Source: a virus. Taken from it: DNA of 64,000 nt. The stretch is from the IMG/VR virus record IMGVR_UViG_3300031463_000001, positions 1 through 64,000 of that record; one strand, given 5' to 3'. The notes beneath the pieces are model-generated. The model made no database searches, was not told the origin of the DNA, and was given only the letters and a program-made list of their open reading frames with translations. The position numbers were made by a program, and so were the translations under genes. Below, one piece after another: positions 57,921 through 64,000 of the stretch (position 1 is its first letter; each line of letters opens with the position of its first letter).

Positions 57921-58780
57921 ATTTTCTCCCCTTCATAATTATTTCTTAAACTTCGTCCTTTTGAAGTTATAGTGATTAATTTTTTTCTTAACAATAAAGG
58001 TTCTATCATTTCTTCAACGTTTTCTTCCGTAGTTTTAAGTAAAGAAGCAATATTTTTTACTGCTATTTCTCCATATTCTTTTAATATTTCCAAATATTTT
58101 CTTTGTCTATAATCTAATCCATTTTCATCTAAATCCATTAAAGATAAAGTTTTTTTCCATAATTCTTCGTCATTTAATTCTGGATGATTTACTTTTAAAA
58201 CTTTAACTTGATCTAATAAAGATATAGCATTTCTTACATTGGTTACACATTCAGTTATTCTATTAAAAACAAGATCTCCAATATTTAAATCACTAGCATT
58301 CTCTTTTAATATAGAAATAAGTTCTTCTTTATTATAATCCTGAAAAAATTCGACAATTTTAAATCTGCTTAAGAATGCTTTATCTAATAAAGATTCTTTA
58401 GTAGTTGCACCAATGAAAATAATAGTAGGATTATCCCAAATATCAAATATTCCTTCTACTCCTTTTAGTTTATGTATTTCATCTATAAAAACAACATATC
58501 TAAAAAAATTACCAATTAATTCATCATCTACTTTTAAAATTTCACGAATTTTTGATACATCCCATGAAGAATCTATTATTACTGGTAAGGCGTGCCAATA
58601 GTTCATTATTTCTTGCATTAATATTTCCGCAAATGTTGTTTTTCCTTGACCGGGTGATCCTATAAGTAAAGTGTTCGGAAACTTTTCTTTTTTATTTTTA
58701 TAATAAATAAGATACTCTAAAAATCTTTTTTTTAATCTTTCTTGACCTTTGAAGTACTCGAAATCTAATTTTTGAATCAT
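57917..58780 (-). CDS. ruvB: Holliday junction branch migration ATPase, RuvB-like (start moved from 58828)
   Basis: F..FKGQ, GSPGQGKTT, FIDEIH, IGATT, SRF, DENGLD and EEMIEPLL...ITITSKGR winged helix; SD gagg. Confidence 0.88.
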   Translation of the reverse strand: MIQKLDFEYFKGQERLKKRFLEYLIYYKNKKEKFPNTLLIGSPGQGKTTFAEILMQEIMNYWHALPVIIDSSWDVSKIREILKVDDELIGNFFRYVVFIDEIHKLKGVEGIFDIWDNPTIIFIGATTKESLLDKAFLSRFKIVEFFQDYNKEELISILKENASDLNIGDLVFNRITECVTNVRNAISLLDQVKVLKVNHPELNDEELWKKTLSLMDLDENGLDYRQRKYLEILKEYGEIAVKNIASLLKTTEENVEEMIEPLLLRKKLITITSKGRSLRNNYEGEKI

Positions 58781-58828
58781 AGTTTCCTCTACTAAATTAA
58801 CAAAAAAAAGGATTAGTTTTTTACCCAT

Positions 58829-58864
58829 AAAAAAATAGGGAAGAGATTTTTTCTCTTCCCTATT
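58829..58864 (-). terminator. Intrinsic terminator
   Basis: Stem aatagggaagaga/tctcttccctatt with a T tract on the - strand. Confidence 0.8.
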
Positions 58865-58889
58865 AAAGAAGGAAATATGAACGTTTTAC

Positions 58890-60023
58890 TTATTCTCTTT
58901 CTGTTACCTTGTAATAAGAACTTGGAGGGATGGTTCCTTTTATTTTTTCTTCAGATTCTACATTTTCAATAATTGATTTTATTTCATTAATTACTTCTTC
59001 AGTATTCTTCTTTTCCTGAATAAGTTTAGGAAGTAATTTATCTATTTCTAATTTTATAGTATTTAAAGCTCTTACAACACCACTAGCAACACCACTTAAA
59101 TATTCCCTTTTATCCAAAAATTGTATATAATACTTTTCAGTATCAATTAGAACTTCACTCAATTCTCTCAAATAGGGTCTTAATTTAATAGTAATAGACT
59201 TTTTTACTTTAGAAACTTCTTCTAATCCTTTAATAGGAGTTTCTAAAGTATATTCTTCATTTATTCTATTAATGTTATCAATTAAACTTTTTTCTGTTTC
59301 TTTTATTTCTACTATAGCTCTTACCAATTTTTTATAATCGTCTTCTAATTCTTCATACTTAATTGCTTCTTTTTTTAATGAACTTTTAATTTCAGCAGTA
59401 ACTAAAGCAGTTTCAAGTTCATCTACTTCACCCCATTCTTTATCAAAACTGGCTAAGGTTTCATTAATATTCTTAGATGTATCTAAAAAATTATCTAAAG
59501 AAAGGGTTAATTTATCAATTAGTTTATCTATATCTTTTAAATCTTCACCTGTTATTTCTCTTCTGAACTCTTCTTCACCTATTGCAGAATGGATTATTCT
59601 AGCCAATCTTAAAGCAAATTTATTTTTATCTCCAACTGCTTGTTTAAAAAGTTCTCTAAGATCTTTAGGTTGATTAGCTAGAAAATTAAAATAATGATCT
59701 TTTAACTCTTTAAGTTCAGAATTTTCAGTAGAGGCTTTAACAGTAATTCCCAAAGAATTTATTTTTTCATTTAATTTTTTTGTAAGATGGGCCAATCTAC
59801 TAATTTTTTCTTTATTGTAATTAGTTTTTCTTAATGTATTTATTATGTTATTCTTACCAAATATTAATGCTTCTTGTAATCCTAAGGTTGTGTCTTCGAT
59901 TTCAGGTAAAAGAGTTTTCACAATCTTTTCTTTTCCTAAACTGCATGCAGCTATAAATAATGCATTTTTATTTGTTTTATCTATGTATTTAACATTATCA
60001 GCTAGTAAATGTTTATAATTCAT
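58890..60023 (-). CDS. Helical protein with ankyrin-like N-terminus and coiled coil, paralogue of 60081-61340
   Basis: ALFIAACSLGKEKIVKTLL...GLQEALIFG; first ~150 aa nearly shared with the neighbour. Confidence 0.75.
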   Translation of the reverse strand: MNYKHLLADNVKYIDKTNKNALFIAACSLGKEKIVKTLLPEIEDTTLGLQEALIFGKNNIINTLRKTNYNKEKISRLAHLTKKLNEKINSLGITVKASTENSELKELKDHYFNFLANQPKDLRELFKQAVGDKNKFALRLARIIHSAIGEEEFRREITGEDLKDIDKLIDKLTLSLDNFLDTSKNINETLASFDKEWGEVDELETALVTAEIKSSLKKEAIKYEELEDDYKKLVRAIVEIKETEKSLIDNINRINEEYTLETPIKGLEEVSKVKKSITIKLRPYLRELSEVLIDTEKYYIQFLDKREYLSGVASGVVRALNTIKLEIDKLLPKLIQEKKNTEEVINEIKSIIENVESEEKIKGTIPPSSYYKVTERE

Positions 60024-60033
60024 ATTTCACCCC

Positions 60034-60069
60034 AAAAAAAAGCTGGGTTATTTTTTACATAACCCAGCT
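60034..60069 (-). terminator. Intrinsic terminator
   Basis: Stem agctgggttat/ataacccagct with a T tract on the - strand. Confidence 0.8.
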
Positions 60070-60080
60070 CCTATTTATTT

Positions 60081-61340
60081 TTAAAATAATTTTTCTTCCT
60101 CTATTTCTTCTGTTTCTTTAGTAGGTGTTACTGGCTTTTTATATTGCTCTCTAGGAATCATTTTTTCTGTATATACTTTAGTTTCCTCTTCTTCAGTTGG
60201 ATAGGCCTTTTCTAGTAAAGAAGAAATACCCTCAATAAGTTTAACCATTTTATTTATAGACTCATCTCCTTTTTGAGTTATTTCTTCCATACCAACCTCA
60301 CTCTTTAATCTATTTATCTCTTTTATTATAAAGTCTATTGAGGCAGGTCTAACTTTTCTAGCGATTGCTTTTTCACCTATCAGCATTATCTTTTCTCCTA
60401 AGTCTATTACTTTAGCATCTAACTCCTTTAACTTAGGATAAATTCTCTCAATTAATTTACTCCTTACTTTTGTGCACAAATCTCTATTTGTAATAGTACC
60501 CATTTCTAAACTGAATTTCTTTTCAACTTCATTTAATTTTTCTAAGAACTCTTTAGATCTACCAATCCACTCTCCATGTATTTCCTCTAAAGTCTGAACA
60601 TATTCTTGTACTTCAGGAGGTAACTCCTCGAATTTTCTTATTGCTTCTTTTGAAATATTTTTTTTGATTTTGGCTGGAGTTAAAGCTAGTTCAAGTTCGT
60701 CTTCAGTCATTTCAGCTTCTTCACCTTCCATCATAGAAAGGACTCCATCCGCACTTTTTAATACTTTATCTAAATAAGTATTTGCTTCATCTAAATATGA
60801 CTCAACCTCATCCAATATTTCAAAAACCTCAGACTCATCTATTTTTTTAGATGTATCCTTTAAAATTTCTCCCTTAAACTCTTCTTCACCTATTGCAGAA
60901 TGGATTATTCTAGCTAATCTTAAAGCAAATTTATTTTTATCTCCAACTGCTTGTTTAAAAAGTTCTCTAATATTTTTGGGAGGGTTTACCAAAAAGTCTA
61001 CATAGTGTTCTTTTAACTCTTTAAGTTCGGCTGTATCCTCTACCTTAGATATGACTTTAATTCCCAAAGAGTTTACTTTTTCATTTAATTTTTTTGTAAA
61101 ATGAGCTAATCTACTAATTTTTTCTTTATTGTAATTAGCTTTTTTTAGTATATCTACTATATTATCTCTACCAAATATTAATGCTTCTTGTAATCCTAAT
61201 GTTGTATCTTCCATTTTAGGTAAAAGAGCTTTCACAATCCTTTCTTTTCCTAAACTACATGCAGCTACAAACAATGCATCTTTGTTTACTCTCTTAACTA
61301 ATTCTGGATTATCTTTTTTTAATTCTGAGTATATGTTCAT
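60081..61340 (-). CDS. Helical protein with ankyrin-like N-terminus and coiled coil, paralogue of 58890-60023
   Basis: Strong SD aaggagg; shared N-terminal half. Confidence 0.75.
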   Translation of the reverse strand: MNIYSELKKDNPELVKRVNKDALFVAACSLGKERIVKALLPKMEDTTLGLQEALIFGRDNIVDILKKANYNKEKISRLAHFTKKLNEKVNSLGIKVISKVEDTAELKELKEHYVDFLVNPPKNIRELFKQAVGDKNKFALRLARIIHSAIGEEEFKGEILKDTSKKIDESEVFEILDEVESYLDEANTYLDKVLKSADGVLSMMEGEEAEMTEDELELALTPAKIKKNISKEAIRKFEELPPEVQEYVQTLEEIHGEWIGRSKEFLEKLNEVEKKFSLEMGTITNRDLCTKVRSKLIERIYPKLKELDAKVIDLGEKIMLIGEKAIARKVRPASIDFIIKEINRLKSEVGMEEITQKGDESINKMVKLIEGISSLLEKAYPTEEEETKVYTEKMIPREQYKKPVTPTKETEEIEEEKLF

Positions 61341-61398
61341 TTATTTCCTCCTTAAGTTTTTGATTTAAAGTACCTTATAAACAATCCATCTATTTTAA

Positions 61399-61414
61399 AA
61401 ATCAAAAACGACAA
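61399..61414 (-). promoter_or_regulatory. Putative late-promoter motif TTGT-N5-TTGATTT
   Basis: ttgt-cgttt-ttgattt on the - strand upstream of 61340. Confidence 0.55.
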
Positions 61415-61421
61415 ACAAAAA

Positions 61422-61664
61422 TTACTTCTTTAAGTTTTCTAGTTCCTTAACATATAAATGACCAAATAAAGGTTCTTGTAAAAGAAAAGATTCTATTTTA
61501 GGAGGTAATCTTTTTCGGAACGTTACAAAATGCCTATAAAGAAGTCGAGGTTCTTTTATGTTGGGTAATAATGCTGAAGCAATTTTTTTATTTTTTTCAA
61601 TTAAAGCTTTCTCGAATACTTTAATTATGTTGTTATTATCTTTTAAGAGATCTGAAATACGCAT
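61422..61664 (-). CDS. Short divergent member of the repeat family (N-cap only)
   Basis: MRISDLLKD...FEKAL.EKNKKIA..LLP.IKEP.LLY. Confidence 0.7.
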   Translation of the reverse strand: MRISDLLKDNNNIIKVFEKALIEKNKKIASALLPNIKEPRLLYRHFVTFRKRLPPKIESFLLQEPLFGHLYVKELENLKK

Positions 61665-61671
61665 CACAAAA

Positions 61672-61687
61672 AAATCAAAAAAGACAA
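61672..61687 (-). promoter_or_regulatory. Putative late-promoter motif TTGT-N5-TTGATTT
   Basis: ttgt-ctttt-ttgattt, 4 nt before GTG-ATG, no SD. Confidence 0.5.
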
Positions 61688-61688
61688 A

Positions 61689-61916
61689 TCAAATGAAATC
61701 GTAAGGAGGTAAAAAACCTAATTCTTTAACTAGTTTTTCCTGAAGAGGTCGACTAATTTTATTTGTTTTAAAAAAGTATTTTAACCATGCTATTTCCCAA
61801 TAATTAGGATTATTATATTCTAGATTTCCATGCTTTCTTAAAGTTTGATTTTTTAAAAACCACTTTAAATCTTTCTTGATTTTATCAAAATAATTTAAAT
61901 TATTGTTCATCGACAA
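61689..61916 (-). CDS. Hypothetical protein
   Basis: ORF overlapping the upstream stop. Confidence 0.55.
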   Translation of the reverse strand: MSMNNNLNYFDKIKKDLKWFLKNQTLRKHGNLEYNNPNYWEIAWLKYFFKTNKISRPLQEKLVKELGFLPPYDFI

Positions 61917-62355
61917 ATAGTGTGGGGTAATCTTTTTTGAATTCGTTAAATTTATTTATTTGTTTTAGAAAAGATAAGTATTCTTTAAGATGAGTACTTT
62001 TAATTATTAAATTTTCAGCTAAAGGAAATCTGTCTTTTAAAATAGTTTTAGCATAATCAAGTGACATTTGAGAATTTGAAGTAGCTATTATGTTTTCTAA
62101 TTCAATCCATCTTTCCTTTTTTACTTTAATTAAATAATCAAAAGCTAATATGCTAAACTTTACCAAAATTTGTTCTTTTTCTGGTGGTAACTTTATTTTT
62201 TTATAAATAGCTACCCTATAAATGATTTCAGGATCTTCAATATTTTTTATCAATTTTAAAAGAGTTTTTTTTGATAATCTCATAATTAAATCATAATTAT
62301 TTCGAAGTTCTTGTTCTATTAGTTGAGGATTCTTTAATAAGTTAGATAGATTCAT
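61900..62355 (-). CDS. Divergent member of the helical-repeat family
   Basis: MNLSNLLKNP; ENIIAT..SLDYAKTILKDRFPLAE.LI...YLSFLKQINKFNEFKKDYP. Confidence 0.75.
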   Translation of the reverse strand: MNLSNLLKNPQLIEQELRNNYDLIMRLSKKTLLKLIKNIEDPEIIYRVAIYKKIKLPPEKEQILVKFSILAFDYLIKVKKERWIELENIIATSNSQMSLDYAKTILKDRFPLAENLIIKSTHLKEYLSFLKQINKFNEFKKDYPTLFVDEQ

Positions 62356-62393
62356 ATAATTTATTACAACAATATTTAAAATTATTTACCCGA

Positions 62394-62597
62394 TTAATCT
62401 TTAGAGTACAAAAGATTTTTCAAATCCTCAAAAAACTTATTTTCTAGATTAGGAAATCGTTTCTTTATTTCGTTTATATTTGAATTAATTAAAACATTTC
62501 TGATTTGGCGAGCTAGTAAAAAAGATCCATAAACATCCATTTCATTATATCTTAAAAGAATATTTGCGATATCTAAAAGAGAAATTTCATTTTTCAT
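62394..62597 (-). CDS. Hypothetical protein
   Basis: SD gagg, tightly packed. Confidence 0.6.
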   Translation of the reverse strand: MKNEISLLDIANILLRYNEMDVYGSFLLARQIRNVLINSNINEIKKRFPNLENKFFEDLKNLLYSKD

Positions 62598-62600
62598 TAA

Positions 62601-63152
62601 TTACTCCTCTTTTAATGTTTCTAACAACAAATCGTATACATCCAAATCAATATCTTTCCATCTAGAATTCCAAGGTTGAGGAAACAAGATTCCCTTTCCT
62701 TTTTTTATTTTATTTATTTCCTCATCACTATCATCAATCAGTATTATATCTTCGTTATCTATTATATCTTTATGAGATGTAGTTAAAATAATATTTTTAG
62801 AAAAACCTGGAAAGTTTTTAGCAATTCCTTTATATTTTCCACTAAATGAATATGGCATACCTACAATAGGTTTACTAAGAAAGAATACTGAATCCTTACC
62901 TATTTTTTTTACTACCATATTAAAGAGTTCTTTTCCTTTTGGATTTGTTTTAAGATTTTCCCAAAAGGATTCTTCTCTTAATAAGGAGAAAATTTTGGAT
63001 TGGGGAATTTTATATTTGGATTCAAAATAAGGAAAAATGTCATATGTTCCTTTTGGAAATGGATAGGGGTCAATTTCAAGATGAAATTTTTCAAACAAAC
63101 TTTCTACGAAATTAAATAAAACTCCATCTAAGTCAAAAAATACTTTCATCAT
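62601..63152 (-). CDS. HAD-family 5'(3')-deoxyribonucleotidase
   Basis: VFFDLDGVL, FWENL, ILIDD, ILFPQPWN. Confidence 0.85.
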   Translation of the reverse strand: MMKVFFDLDGVLFNFVESLFEKFHLEIDPYPFPKGTYDIFPYFESKYKIPQSKIFSLLREESFWENLKTNPKGKELFNMVVKKIGKDSVFFLSKPIVGMPYSFSGKYKGIAKNFPGFSKNIILTTSHKDIIDNEDIILIDDSDEEINKIKKGKGILFPQPWNSRWKDIDLDVYDLLLETLKEE

Positions 63153-63998
63153 CTACCTCTTGACTAAGTCGATAGGCTTGCCTGTTTGTTTAAGGAGCTC
63201 AGACTGGTTAGAATGATTCGGTAACCCATCTTGAGATGAAAATCCCAAAATGTTTCTAGCTCCATTTAAATCTGCATTTAATTTTCTCCCACAAGATTTA
63301 CATATTAGTAAGTTTTGTTTTGGTCTATAAGTATCTAGAGAGCCACATAAACCACAAGTCTTACTAGTGTTTTTTGGATTGATGTACTTAACTTGTATCC
63401 CATTTAGTTTGCATTTATATTCTAGAAAAGTTTGAAACATCTTAAAAGGAAATACGTTATTGATTAAATAATTTCCATTTTTTCCTTTAGATGTACCTTC
63501 TTTTCTAGAACTTGACTTTCGAATATTAGTTAAATTCTCTAGTATAATTTGAGAACCTCCCATTTCTATTAGATACTTAACTAATTCGGAAGTCATTTTG
63601 TGGAAGAAATTTTTAGAATATTTTTCAATTTTATCCTTTTGTTTATGTTTTCTGTACTCCATTTTCTTATGAACATATTGCTTTAAATTAAAACGTTTAC
63701 CATTAGAAAGAGTTATATTTTTTATATTTATGTCTATTCCTAACCTTTGATTTCCTTTAACATTGTTATTCTCTTCTACTTCACAAATAAAATATATTCT
63801 CCAATCTTTATTTATTTTCTTTATTTGTATTTCTTTTATTGAAATTACTTCTTTTAATTTGTTAATAGTTCTTAATCCTTCTAGAGGATAATTTCGTTTA
63901 CAAAATCGTATCCAAGCATTATAGTATCCCTCTTTAAATTCTATGTTAAAATTTTGGTAATCAAAAATTAAAGGAATGTTTAACTTTTTGACTTTGTA
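63153..63998 (-). CDS. tnpB: TnpB (IS200/IS605-family RNA-guided nuclease), 5' truncated by window
   Basis: The frame stays open past 63662 to the window end. RuvC-I LGIDIN, RuvC-II IILENL, TSKTCGLCG...CKSCG Zn ribbon, RuvC-III NADLNGARNI. Confidence 0.88.
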   Translation of the reverse strand, partial: YKVKKLNIPLIFDYQNFNIEFKEGYYNAWIRFCKRNYPLEGLRTINKLKEVISIKEIQIKKINKDWRIYFICEVEENNNVKGNQRLGIDINIKNITLSNGKRFNLKQYVHKKMEYRKHKQKDKIEKYSKNFFHKMTSELVKYLIEMGGSQIILENLTNIRKSSSRKEGTSKGKNGNYLINNVFPFKMFQTFLEYKCKLNGIQVKYINPKNTSKTCGLCGSLDTYRPKQNLLICKSCGRKLNADLNGARNILGFSSQDGLPNHSNQSELLKQTGKPIDLVKR

Positions 63999-64000
63999 GA

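Noticed and set aside
2000-58601. Short antisense ORFs in the track (for example 2000-2266, 2895-3107, 18070-18474, 33028-33285, 44005-44280, 54874-55168, 57085-57378, 58413-58601)
   Set aside because: They lie opposite well-supported genes, lack SD sites and reflect shadow frames or repeats.
62356-62393. Late-promoter motif upstream of tagged gene 62355
   Set aside because: The sequence (ttgttgtaataaattat) does not match TTGT-N5-TTGATTT, so not every tagged gene has the motif.
63153-63998. Cas12f effector
   Set aside because: No CRISPR array nearby in the window and the 3' end looks like an IS200/IS605 right end, so TnpB is the simpler call.
1-64000. Alternative genetic code
   Set aside because: TAA, TAG and TGA all end tightly packed full-length genes under code 11.
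1-64000. tRNA, rRNA, group I intron or intein
   Set aside because: Intergenic gaps are short and no cloverleaf, intron core or intein motif was recognised by eye; a covariance-model scan was not possible.

Overview
An AT-rich 64 kb segment of a large tailed dsDNA phage with a contractile tail, read in the standard genetic code with tight gene packing. The + strand (1-44.5 kb) is a morphogenesis region: terminase 3' end, portal, prohead protease/scaffold, decoration protein, major capsid protein, fibre-like proteins, neck, sheath, tube, frameshifted tail chaperones, tape measure, baseplate and fibres. It also carries a Tmk-PPase fusion, two putative wall hydrolases, a metallophosphoesterase and a Zn-finger homing-type endonuclease. 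The - strand (44.5-64 kb) carries a LigD-type primase-polymerase fusion, an ATP-dependent ligase-HD fusion, ChaB, RuvB, a HAD nucleotidase and a TnpB cut off by the window end. Three linked observations stand out. (1) Ten close and three distant paralogues of a 26-aa helical-repeat protein with variable repeat number and hypervariable positions, the close ones in two oppositely oriented arrays flanking the tail module. (2) An N-terminal tag of about 10 aa (M-N-I-S-D-L-L-K-[DNY]-P) shared by these and by unrelated proteins, which suggests a capsid-targeting signal for a co-injected protein cargo. (3) A recurrent TTGT-N5-T(T/C)GATTT upstream motif that links structural operons and tagged genes in one putative late regulon. 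All product calls come from motif recognition and synteny by eye; no database search was run.
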